Below are positions 16,746-24,612 of a stretch of 31,872 nucleotides of DNA, in pieces. The translations under genes were made by a program, and so were the position numbers. This stretch comes from a virus (taxonomy: Duplodnaviria; Heunggongvirae; Uroviricota; Caudoviricetes): the IMG/VR virus record IMGVR_UViG_3300045988_180666; one strand, 5' to 3'. A model generated the notes under the pieces. That model had not been told where the DNA came from and searched no databases. It saw only the letters and a list, made by a program, of their open reading frames with translations. Each line of letters starts with the position of its first letter. The first letter of the stretch is position 1.

Positions 16746-17299
16746 TGGAAAACCGTCATCTCTGATTGCGGAAGGCTGCCGAAAAGTTTTTGGAAAATAG
16801 ATTTATCGGTACTTGGTGCATGCCGTCCGCCGTACCTTTGCACCCGAAAAAGAGATAATGACCGATGGATAACCGATAAAGGGAAAAGCTCTCGGACAGG
16901 AAAAGCGGGCAAAGAAAAGGCTCTGCCTTACCTTGGTGGTTAAGCCTTAGCGACGTTTGAGCGCCATCACGGTCACCACCGCTTGAAAATTCGCAAATTT
17001 TAACCCTAGCGTATGAAATGAAAGATGGAAAATTTGCGTCATCAAAAACACCATGTTTTTCAGACTTCAGGAGGAAAAACATACCTTGGAGCGATGAAAT
17101 CGCAGCATTTGGCATGCTTCGACCCCGAGGTTGAAGATGCCGAATGTGTCGTTTTGCGACAGGTTTTCCACACCCACGGATTGGAAAACCCCGATTTTAT
17201 CGTGGTTTTAGGGATTCAAAGGGAAAATAATTCCCCTTTGTCGGCGATAGCACCCCCCACCGCCCTACGCCCGAGCGCGCCTTCCGCCCCCTTGGAAAA
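16746..17299 (+). repeat. cluster of nine same-strand GGAAAA motifs (five as TGGAAAA) plus one inverted copy
   Basis: GGAAAA hexamers start at 16747, 16792, 16882, 16899, 17027, 17073, 17183, 17222 and 17294, with the inverted copy at 17164-17170. A further TGGAAAA lies at 15289-15295. Confidence 0.55.
16833..16840 (+). promoter_or_regulatory. plus-strand -7 box TACCTTTG inside the ORF-poor segment
   Basis: GTACCTTTGCAC (16832-16843) is identical to the 12-mer at 25902-25913. No good -33 box. Confidence 0.35.
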
Positions 17300-17359
17300 G
17301 ACGGAATATGTAAAAGACCGTTAACGTTTTTGTAGGAATGTAAAAAGCCAAAAGGCACG

Positions 17360-17392
17360 AAAAAAGGGAACACGCTTCGCAGCGCACTCCCC
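17360..17392 (-). terminator. intrinsic terminator after terL
   Basis: Minus-strand GGGAGUGCGC-UGCGAA-GCGUGUUCCC (10 bp including three G-U pairs, hence strand-specific) followed by U6. Confidence 0.7.
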
Positions 17393-17462
17393 TTATCGGC
17401 GGTCAAGCAAGAATGCCAGCCACCTAACTTATATAAGAATCGTACTATCTAAAGAAATCAAA

Positions 17463-19064
17463 CTATAGCATGGAACCCGTGGCGATGTAGCCATCAGCCT
17501 GAGGGTATTTCTCCATGCCAATCATGAGCGTGTCGTAGGCATCGGAGCCATCGGTGCGAGCCTCCAACTTATCCTCCTCGGTCTCAGCCAGCTTCTCGCC
17601 TCGCTTATCCTTCTTGCCGTTGTAGACCCCGGCCAGGCGGATGGAGATGAGCAGGTCTTCGTTGTTCTCGCTGTTGATCATCGAGCGATGCTCAGCCTTG
17701 CCGAGGAACATGCGGTTGAGCAGAAGCATCTTTTCGAGATGTCCCATCGGGTTGCCCAGATAGACCTCGTTGACATACCAGCCATGGTCGGTGAGGTAGT
17801 CGGTGATGAAGGTATGGAAGTCATCGTTCATCAGGGCGTAGTTGTTGCCCACGAAGGTGGAGTCGTAGTAGAAGTTGACCTCTTTGCACCGATGGTACTC
17901 ATAGTACTGCATGAACTTGTCGAGCAGGGCTGGCAGCTTCTCCTCATACTTCACGAAGATGCTCTTGAGGCAGCGTGCCTCGCCCCGCAGGTTGTCTTGT
18001 CCGACGGCTATCCAGTTGATGAGGGCGTTGGCATCGAAGGCGATGCAGAGCGGACGGTCGGGGTCAACGTCGGCATCCATTCTGGAATCTACATGCTTGA
18101 GCTTGTCGATGTCGTAGCCCAAGCCATCGAGGTAGGCGAGGTTGGGCGCCGTGTATAGGTTGGCATCCCTGAGGTTGGAGTAGAAGCCATCGAGCGAGAT
18201 GGAAGGTCGCTTGCACATGATGGAGGTCTGGAAGGTGAGGGCAGGGAGGTCTCGCTTCATCTGCTTGATGAACTCCATGCCGAGCACCTCGATGTTATAG
18301 ACCGATGAGTACTCTTTATAGAAGAGTGCCTTGGAGCGCAGTTGCGCCAGGAGCTGACCAATCTCTCGGAGTCGGCGCTGGGCATAGCCTGAGACATGGC
18401 CCGAGGTCTTGATGCGGTTGCGTATGTCATACTCCTCTACCACGAGCGAGGCGATGGCGTCGATGAGCAGCTGGTCGCAGTCTTTCTTGTAGTTGAGGAA
18501 CCAGGAGCCCTTCTTGGTCACGGGCATATCAGAGGTGATGAGCATGCCATGGTGGTAGTAGTGCTGGCCGAAGAGGTTGACGTTGCCTCGATTGGCAGGG
18601 AAGGTCTCGTCTTTGAGCTGTTCGAAGTTGATGAACTTCGCCTCGTCGATGTCGAGGTAGTCGAGCGAGAGGGAGTTGGAGGTACCCTTGCGGTCTTGCG
18701 AGATGATGGTACCGATGGAGCCGTTATAGAAAGAGATGGTGTTCTCCCAGTTGCTGGGCGGTATGACCGGGTCGGGCCATCCCAGTTTTTTGGGAGGCTT
18801 GACCCCGATGAGATAATGCTTGCCCCGGTGGAAGCCCCATCGCTCCCAGTGCTGAAGCATCGACGGTATGGTGTTGGTGAGGCATCGCTTGGTGTTGGCG
18901 GATACGAAGCCGCCGTTGCTGCCAGGCATGCGCTGCATGTTGCGCAGGTTGAAGGTGGCGTGGAGAATGCTCTTGCCGATGCCTCGACCGCCCACGACCA
19001 CGTTGTCGCGGGCGGAGATGAGGTTGACCTCCATCTGGGCTGGGTTGAGATATTGATCTATCAT
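17463..19064 (-). CDS. terL: terminase large subunit
   Basis: 533 aa. Walker A is VVGGRGIGKS and Walker B-like is LSLDYLDIDEA, followed by a C-terminal nuclease-sized domain. The start overlaps the upstream gene in an ATGA arrangement. Confidence 0.85.
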   Translation of the reverse strand: MIDQYLNPAQMEVNLISARDNVVVGGRGIGKSILHATFNLRNMQRMPGSNGGFVSANTKRCLTNTIPSMLQHWERWGFHRGKHYLIGVKPPKKLGWPDPVIPPSNWENTISFYNGSIGTIISQDRKGTSNSLSLDYLDIDEAKFINFEQLKDETFPANRGNVNLFGQHYYHHGMLITSDMPVTKKGSWFLNYKKDCDQLLIDAIASLVVEEYDIRNRIKTSGHVSGYAQRRLREIGQLLAQLRSKALFYKEYSSVYNIEVLGMEFIKQMKRDLPALTFQTSIMCKRPSISLDGFYSNLRDANLYTAPNLAYLDGLGYDIDKLKHVDSRMDADVDPDRPLCIAFDANALINWIAVGQDNLRGEARCLKSIFVKYEEKLPALLDKFMQYYEYHRCKEVNFYYDSTFVGNNYALMNDDFHTFITDYLTDHGWYVNEVYLGNPMGHLEKMLLLNRMFLGKAEHRSMINSENNEDLLISIRLAGVYNGKKDKRGEKLAETEEDKLEARTDGSDAYDTLMIGMEKYPQADGYIATGSML

Positions 19065-19690
19065 AGTGCTTTGTCCTCCTTGACTTCTTCTGTAGGTGTA
19101 TATTCCAAGAGCTGTTCGTCGTAGTCCTCGGCCTCGATCTTGACGAGATCCATGGAGTTGTCGGTGTATTTCTTGACGAGCTTCTTGATGGTCTGCATCA
19201 CGTTAGGGATGCGCTTGAGACCCAAGTGTCGTGGGTCGGTGGTAGGGATGAAGACCTGAGGCTGAATCTGGTCGTAGCCGTTGTCGGTAGGATCCTCTTT
19301 GTCGAGCAGGTGATATTTGCCGTATGCAGCTGCGGCGGCAGCCATGGCTCGGGCATCGCCCATGGAGTCGGCCTTGTCGTAGGTGCGCTGTATCATCTGG
19401 TCGAAGCGATAGCGGGCGAAGTCTTTTGACACTTTTTGCAGGTTGCCCAATATGAGCTTGATGAGGTGCAGGTCGTTGTAAGCCATCATGCGCTGCACCT
19501 TGTAGTCGTGCATATCTTTATAGACCAGCTCTTGGTCGCTCTTGCGAGGGTTGATGAGCCACCAGGCATAGAGGGCACGGATGCGCAAAATGCGGTCGCG
19601 CACTGGGGCGGGCACATTTTGCGCATCCATCTCTTCGGGTGTGCGGTCCATCAGTTCGATGATGGCATCGATGTTGGCGGGTTCTCTCAT
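19061..19690 (-). CDS. possible terminase small subunit / packaging protein
   Basis: 209 aa, helical, translationally coupled (4-nt overlap) to terL on one side and to the HTH ORF on the other. The call rests on position only. Confidence 0.4.
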   Translation of the reverse strand: MREPANIDAIIELMDRTPEEMDAQNVPAPVRDRILRIRALYAWWLINPRKSDQELVYKDMHDYKVQRMMAYNDLHLIKLILGNLQKVSKDFARYRFDQMIQRTYDKADSMGDARAMAAAAAAYGKYHLLDKEDPTDNGYDQIQPQVFIPTTDPRHLGLKRIPNVMQTIKKLVKKYTDNSMDLVKIEAEDYDEQLLEYTPTEEVKEDKAL

Positions 19691-19968
19691 ATTCTAATCT
19701 CCTCTAACATTTGGTTCAGATATTCGTGTGTGCGCTGCACCGCCTGTGGCGAGCCAGCCGCAGCCAGGTCTAGCTTGTTTTTGCGTATCTGCTGGCGCAC
19801 CGTCGCCATGCCCAAGTAATAGACACGGTGAAGCTCGGAGTCGGGCTTCAGTATCTCGTCACGCAGATCGTCCTCGCTAATATCCAAAAGGACGGACATC
19901 TCGGATATCGGAGTCAACGTCTCCGCGAAGTCTTGCACTTTTTTGAGTAATTCCTGAGAAATTTCCAT
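19687..19968 (-). CDS. small HTH-like DNA-binding protein (TerS N-terminal-domain-like)
   Basis: 93 aa. The segment ISEMSVLLDISEDDLRDEILKPDSELHRVYYLGMATVRQQ resembles the HTH/recognition layout of small-terminase N-termini. ATG at 19968 lies 92 nt inside the upstream ORF. Confidence 0.4.
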   Translation of the reverse strand: MEISQELLKKVQDFAETLTPISEMSVLLDISEDDLRDEILKPDSELHRVYYLGMATVRQQIRKNKLDLAAAGSPQAVQRTHEYLNQMLEEIRI

Positions 19969-20452
19969 TGATTCTTAAGCTTTGAGTGTCACAATGAAGG
20001 GTATATCCGCCGAAGAGGTCGGCGAAGACCTGCGGGTCGGTGGTGATGATGGTTGACTCGTCACGGCTGCCGTAGGTCTGGTTTTGCGAGGTGACGACCG
20101 ACACGACGTGCTGGTCGTTGCGGAAGAGTGTCACCTTGGAGTGGTTTTGCCCCAGGAACACATCGTTGAAGCAGGTCTGCATCATGCGCCACAGCTGCAC
20201 GGTCTTTTTGCTCGCCTTGACATCGAGCAGCATCGTTGCCGACAGGATGCTGCCCGACTGGCGCATCAGGCGGAAGCCTCGCAGGAACTCCTCGGAGGTG
20301 GAGTAGGAAGACACCCACACATCTGCAGGGCCTATCTGGGAGAGAATCCACTTGATGAGACCGAGGGTGTGGAGGTGCCGCCCGAAGTAGGCTTGCGTCT
20401 GGGCATCGGCGATAGGACGGAGCAGGTCACTGACCTTGACCTTGGTCGGCAT
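19877..20452 (-). CDS. PLD/HKD-superfamily (Nuc-like) protein
   Basis: 191 aa. The single HKD-type motif GQNHSKVTLFRNDQHVVSVVTSQNQT fits the Nuc-like pattern (H.K...D......GS.N.T). The preceding VWVSSYSTSEEFLRGFRLMRQSG...LLDVK matches the first half of the fold. Confidence 0.55.
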   Translation of the reverse strand: MPTKVKVSDLLRPIADAQTQAYFGRHLHTLGLIKWILSQIGPADVWVSSYSTSEEFLRGFRLMRQSGSILSATMLLDVKASKKTVQLWRMMQTCFNDVFLGQNHSKVTLFRNDQHVVSVVTSQNQTYGSRDESTIITTDPQVFADLFGGYTLHCDTQSLRINGNFSGITQKSARLRGDVDSDIRDVRPFGY

Positions 20453-21170
20453 TGGCGGCTAGCTTAGCCTTGGCTACACGGTCACGGTCGGCATTGGTAA
20501 CCTGGTATGAGTCGTAGGTGAGCATGTCGGCACGATAGCGCTTGTCGAGGTCGGAGAGTATCTTGAGAAGCTCGTATCGGTCGCATGGCTCAAGGCGCTC
20601 CATCGTCTTGAGCGTCTCGAAGGTCGATTTAATCTGCTTGTATCGCTTGGCGTTGGCATCCCAGAGAGCGGCAACCTCGGCAGGAAGGAACTCATGGTCG
20701 CTGCGCTTGCCCTTGCGGATGACCGCCACGCCATCGCTCTCGGAGGAAGGCAGCTCGGCATCATCGGTCGAGCCATCATCGTCGATGGAATCGGCATTTT
20801 TTGCGATTTCATTGCCATTTTCGTCGGTTTCATCGGTCTTTTTGGTCGTTTTCTCGGTCGTATCGGTCGTTTCTTCGGTCGTTGCCACAGGTACGCCCTC
20901 ACTGATGATGGCTTGCGCCTCTGGTATGACGATGGCATCCATCTGCTTGACCTCTTCGATGGTCATGCCATCGAGACGAATCTTCAGGAACTTATTCAGC
21001 TCATACTCGATGTTGGTGCGATAAACCTGTGGCTGTCGGGTGGCACGGAAATGGTAGAAGCGATTGCGGTTGAGACGGAAGAGCATGTCTGCGCCCTTGA
21101 TGATGTCAGCGTCGCTCTCGTGCTTGGCATTGAGCCACGCCTGTATCTGTTTGGTGAATTGATGATCCAT
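20427..21170 (-). CDS. hypothetical phage protein with acidic T/D/E-rich linker
   Basis: The track ORF starts at 21302 and overlaps the upstream gene and a terminator. The ATG at 21170 (MDHQFTKQIQAWLNAK...) gives 247 aa, starting just downstream of the terminator at 21190-21230. Confidence 0.55.
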   Translation of the reverse strand: MDHQFTKQIQAWLNAKHESDADIIKGADMLFRLNRNRFYHFRATRQPQVYRTNIEYELNKFLKIRLDGMTIEEVKQMDAIVIPEAQAIISEGVPVATTEETTDTTEKTTKKTDETDENGNEIAKNADSIDDDGSTDDAELPSSESDGVAVIRKGKRSDHEFLPAEVAALWDANAKRYKQIKSTFETLKTMERLEPCDRYELLKILSDLDKRYRADMLTYDSYQVTNADRDRVAKAKLAANADQGQGQ

Positions 21171-21189
21171 ATATAAGAATGTTTTTGAT

Positions 21190-21230
21190 GAAAAGAACAA
21201 AGGTGGCTCAGGCACGAAGCGAGAGCCACC
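21190..21230 (-). terminator. intrinsic terminator after the capsid/198-aa gene pair
   Basis: Minus-strand GGUGGCUC-13 nt loop-GAGCCACC followed by UUUGUUCUUUUC. Confidence 0.65.
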
Positions 21231-21286
21231 TAAGCTTTGAAGTTTAAACCGTATGTAGTTATGCAAAAATTTGGGCAAATGAACGT

Positions 21287-21883
21287 TTATGCCGCCTCCC
21301 ATACAGAGCCATCGGAACCCTTGATGTCTCCGGACTCAGTCTCGATCTTGCCAGGATAGAACGGTGTAGGGCAGAAGTCTGTCGCCTCGGTGTTGACGGT
21401 CGTGGTGCAAGCATCGGTCACGCCGCTGCCTGATGCCTGGCTGACGGTAATCTTAGGTGCGAATGCCTCGCAGCCGATGAGACGGGCACGACCCTTGCGG
21501 TCTTGCACCATCATGATGAGCTCGTCGTTGATAGCCATGGTAGCGAAGCCACTGATGTCCTCGTCGGTACCACCCACCACGAACTCGCCTTTGTTGAGGA
21601 ACGTAGCGGAAGGTGCCTCGCCCTGAGTCTCTGCAGTAAAATTGCTCTTGGCATCTACGAGGTCGAGACTGTGCCACTTGGCATCGCTCGCCAAGGTGAA
21701 GTCGCCTGTATATTGAGCCAGCTTAGCTGGGTCTGTGGTCTCGTCAGTTGCCGCTGGCAATGTTGGCCAAGTCAGAATCTGACTCTTCAAGATGAAGAAA
21801 ACACGAGGGCGAACGCCTGGGGCTATGCGAGCCCCAGGACATTTCTTAACTGATTTATATAAATCTTTTGTATTACAAGCCAT
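21287..21883 (-). CDS. phage structural protein (head decoration or similar abundant virion protein)
   Basis: 198 aa, immediately after the putative capsid gene and followed by a strong terminator, the layout expected of a highly expressed head gene pair. No motif recognised. Confidence 0.5.
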   Translation of the reverse strand: MACNTKDLYKSVKKCPGARIAPGVRPRVFFILKSQILTWPTLPAATDETTDPAKLAQYTGDFTLASDAKWHSLDLVDAKSNFTAETQGEAPSATFLNKGEFVVGGTDEDISGFATMAINDELIMMVQDRKGRARLIGCEAFAPKITVSQASGSGVTDACTTTVNTEATDFCPTPFYPGKIETESGDIKGSDGSVWEAA

Positions 21884-21916
21884 AATTTTATCTCCTATAT
21901 ATAATAAGGTGAAACT

Positions 21917-23026
21917 TTACTCCTTGCCCTCAGCTCCGGTATCGTCTGCAGAAGAATTCTTCTGCTCTGCATCGCTAGCTGTGTTGCTGCTTGCAGGATC
22001 AGCACCTGAACCCTTTGTGATGAGCGATGTGGTACCATCGTTTGTGATGAACAGGGCTCGTTCTTTATTGATGCTCTCGTACTGGCAACCTAAGAACTTG
22101 GTGGCGATGAAGTCGAGCTTCCAAGGGTGGTACTTTTCTACGCTGATCTTCTCCTCGTCGCTGTTGTTTGCCTCGTTGACACCCACGAGCATATTGTTGC
22201 GAGTGGTGAGCTGGAAGAACGGAGCGTTCTTCTTGTTGATGAGTGGTACCATCTCAACGTTGTCGAAACCCTCGACGGTGTTGTGGTTGTAACCGGTATT
22301 GTATGGCACATTGCCAAACTTATTGAGGTAGTTGCGGTTGTAGAGATTGATGAACGCCTGTGGAACGTAGAGATAAAGCTTCTCTTCGCCAATCAGTTCT
22401 TCGTCAGCCTCCTCGCAAATGGCCTGTGCGAAGTCAACGGCGTTATCGCTGCTGATATTCTTACCACTGCCCAAAATATCTGAAACTTTGATGAGGTTGC
22501 CGAGGTCTCGAGACAGCTTGCCATTAGTCAACTCAGTCTTGGCGATGGTATCGAAACCATTGAAGAGGTCTTTTGAGCCTTTGCCCTCGTCGTTGCGCAC
22601 GGCATCGAAGAGGTGGAGGTTGAGGTTCTTGCCCAGCTTGAGCGCCAAGAGCTGCAGCACCTGAAGGGTGATTGGCACGTTCTTAAGCGCTTCGCCATTC
22701 ATGGCGTTGGCCCCCCAAATGGTGGAATAAACTGAGTTCGGGGAGAACTTGATGTCAACGTTGCCGAGGAACACCTGCAAAGTGCGAGGTGTAATCTTTA
22801 CGCCACCATCGCCCACGCGGTTCTCGTCGTATGGACCAAACTCTGCGTTGCCGAGCAACTCGCCCACGGTCTCTGAAACTCTGATGCCCGGGCGCAGGGT
22901 CATGTACTTGAGTGACTGAGCCAAGCCTTTGGTAGGCATCGTAATCAACTTCGAACGGTAAGTTTTCGCAGTGTTCTGCAGCTGTACATCGACATCTACA
23001 GGCACAATGAATTTATTATCTGCCAT
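21917..23026 (-). CDS. putative major capsid protein
   Basis: The ATG at 23026 (MADNKFIVPVDVDV...) lies 1 nt after the protease/scaffold stop and gives 369 aa. Position and size are typical of a capsid protein. It has a long polar C-terminal tail. Confidence 0.65.
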   Translation of the reverse strand: MADNKFIVPVDVDVQLQNTAKTYRSKLITMPTKGLAQSLKYMTLRPGIRVSETVGELLGNAEFGPYDENRVGDGGVKITPRTLQVFLGNVDIKFSPNSVYSTIWGANAMNGEALKNVPITLQVLQLLALKLGKNLNLHLFDAVRNDEGKGSKDLFNGFDTIAKTELTNGKLSRDLGNLIKVSDILGSGKNISSDNAVDFAQAICEEADEELIGEEKLYLYVPQAFINLYNRNYLNKFGNVPYNTGYNHNTVEGFDNVEMVPLINKKNAPFFQLTTRNNMLVGVNEANNSDEEKISVEKYHPWKLDFIATKFLGCQYESINKERALFITNDGTTSLITKGSGADPASSNTASDAEQKNSSADDTGAEGKE

Positions 23027-23027
23027 A

Positions 23028-24053
23028 TTATGCAAACTGATTTAAAACATCCAACACTTGATCTGAGCAGAAATCCTCGACCTTGGTGTCATCGACAGCA
23101 GTGTGCGTGTCGCCACCAGGCTCTCCCTCCAGATCCTTCACTTTATCCTTCAGGTCATCTCTCTCCTTTTCGAGATTCTTGACCTTAGTCTCTAACTCCT
23201 TCTTCTCGTCCTTGACCTTCTGAAGCTCTGTGTCTTTGTCGGTCACGGCCTTGGAGTCGGCAGCGATCTTATCCTCCAGTTTCTGCATCTGCTCCTGTGA
23301 GATTGTGCAGTTCTTTGCGGAATCTTCTGCCTCAATGCCCTCGATATTGAGGACATTGTTGATGTGAGTCCATTTTTTGATCATATTAATAATTTTATTT
23401 TGTGATTTATCTTTGCCGAATAATCGGTCGATGATGCTTGGCTTTTTATCATACCAGGAGTTAACAACCTCTGGGAGAACAGGAAGGTTGTTGTACTTGA
23501 TGAAGTCTTGCGTCTGCTCGGTGATGTCGGCAGGCTTGCCATCCATGGCTTCATCGACGAGACCCAGTTCGATGCACTCATCGACGGTGTGCCACATCGC
23601 TTCGGACATCACCTTGACGATGTCCTCGTGCTTCTTGCCCGAGCGATCGCAGTAAACGTTGGCGATGATGTTGTCGATTTTCTGCTGGTTCTCTTGCTGT
23701 TTTTGAAGTTGCTCGATGAGCGAGCCTATCTGCTCCTCGTTGAGCGCAGACCACACAAACTGCTCGGTAGAGCACTTGTGTACCAGGAGCAAGCTATATT
23801 TGCTCATGCGAATCTTGCTGGCACCCATCGCACAGATGGTGGCAGCAGAGGCAGAGAAGCCCGCCTGGAAGTCAACGGTCACGTCGCCATGGGACTTGAA
23901 CATCTGACAGATGGCGAGACCTGCGGAGACCTCGCCACCCAAGGAGTCGATGGCAACATCGACGTGCTTATCTTTGTTGGCCTTAAGAACATCGCGAACC
24001 ATGAGCTTGGTCCACGAGCCAATATATCCTGTGATAGAAATTTGGTACTTCAT
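23028..24053 (-). CDS. ClpP-like prohead serine protease fused to coiled-coil scaffold domain
   Basis: 341 aa. The N-terminal half has ClpP/S14-like motifs (DSLGGEVSAGLAI; Ser region QAGFSASAATICAMGA; His region LLLVHKCS). The C-terminal part is a K/E/D coiled coil (KVKDEKKELETKVKNLEKERDDLKDKVKDLEGE). Confidence 0.8.
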   Translation of the reverse strand: MKYQISITGYIGSWTKLMVRDVLKANKDKHVDVAIDSLGGEVSAGLAICQMFKSHGDVTVDFQAGFSASAATICAMGASKIRMSKYSLLLVHKCSTEQFVWSALNEEQIGSLIEQLQKQQENQQKIDNIIANVYCDRSGKKHEDIVKVMSEAMWHTVDECIELGLVDEAMDGKPADITEQTQDFIKYNNLPVLPEVVNSWYDKKPSIIDRLFGKDKSQNKIINMIKKWTHINNVLNIEGIEAEDSAKNCTISQEQMQKLEDKIAADSKAVTDKDTELQKVKDEKKELETKVKNLEKERDDLKDKVKDLEGEPGGDTHTAVDDTKVEDFCSDQVLDVLNQFA

Positions 24054-24087
24054 ATATCTTTGCGATTTTTACGGCGCAAAGATATAT
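24052..24087. promoter_or_regulatory. 13-bp perfect inverted repeat with 10-nt spacer spanning the protease promoter and start codon
   Basis: Arm 24052-24064 (ATATATCTTTGCG) pairs perfectly with arm 24075-24087 (CGCAAAGATATAT). Confidence 0.6.
24077..24084 (-). promoter_or_regulatory. -7 box TATCTTTG upstream of the protease/scaffold gene, embedded in a 13-bp inverted repeat
   Basis: GCAAAGATA lies 24 nt upstream of the ATG at 24053. Confidence 0.5.
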
Positions 24088-24113
24088 AATAATGTATAAG
24101 GATAAAAAAACTT

Positions 24114-24533
24114 TTATTGGATGATTTGGAGCGGTTTTATCACGTCAGACCATGTCACGGTATAAGTGATGAGCGATGAGTCTGTGTGTGAGCTTGGCAT
24201 ATTTTCGGTGCGAGTGAGCACCGGGAAGGGACGCTGGTCTCTGCCCAGAAGATAGGCGCACCCATCGGCGGTAGTCACCTTGTAGGCGAGCGGGTGAACC
24301 TCTGAGTCTATCTGCTCGCTCGACTTGAAGGTGAGCTTTGAAGTGAAAATGCGAACCTTGGACTCAATTTTGTCGGTGATTTCACAACTCGACGGCATTT
24401 TGCACTTTATCTGCTGGAAGACTGCACTTGCAGGAATGATGCAAAGATTTTTGGCTGGGAAGATGACAGCCTTGAGGTCATCGGCTCTCACGACCTCAAT
24501 CTTGATGATGTTTTTGATGTATGACATAAGCAT
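24114..24533 (-). CDS. hypothetical phage protein
   Basis: 139 aa with ATG at 24533, same strand and operon as the head genes. Confidence 0.5.
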   Translation of the reverse strand: MLMSYIKNIIKIEVVRADDLKAVIFPAKNLCIIPASAVFQQIKCKMPSSCEITDKIESKVRIFTSKLTFKSSEQIDSEVHPLAYKVTTADGCAYLLGRDQRPFPVLTRTENMPSSHTDSSLITYTVTWSDVIKPLQIIQ

Positions 24534-24612
24534 GAAAATTTATCTTTTTGTTTGGAATCGACGGATATTTCGGTTTTGTTCGGAGTTGTTTGCAGAGACG
24601 GAAAAATTTGTA

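Noticed and set aside
16040-17359. Idea that the PRTase plus the adjacent non-coding region is a retron (PRTase-effector type), or that the region is a DGR template repeat
   Set aside because: No reverse transcriptase ORF exists anywhere in the window. I also could not find a repeat of this segment in any tail-fibre gene. The RNA-partner idea is retained only as a weak possibility.
16682-17406. Short ORFs inside the ORF-poor segment: 16682..16912 (-), 16756..17115 (-), 17197..17406 (-) and 17025..17324 (+)
   Set aside because: They overlap one another in different frames and their peptides are low-complexity (F/L/S/P/R-rich) with no motifs. The plus-strand 99-aa ORF is the least implausible, with a stretch ACFDPEVEDAECVVLRQVFHTHGLENPDFIVVLG, but it has a Pro/Ala-rich tail and no clear terminator. 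It is kept only as a caveat to the ncRNA hypothesis.
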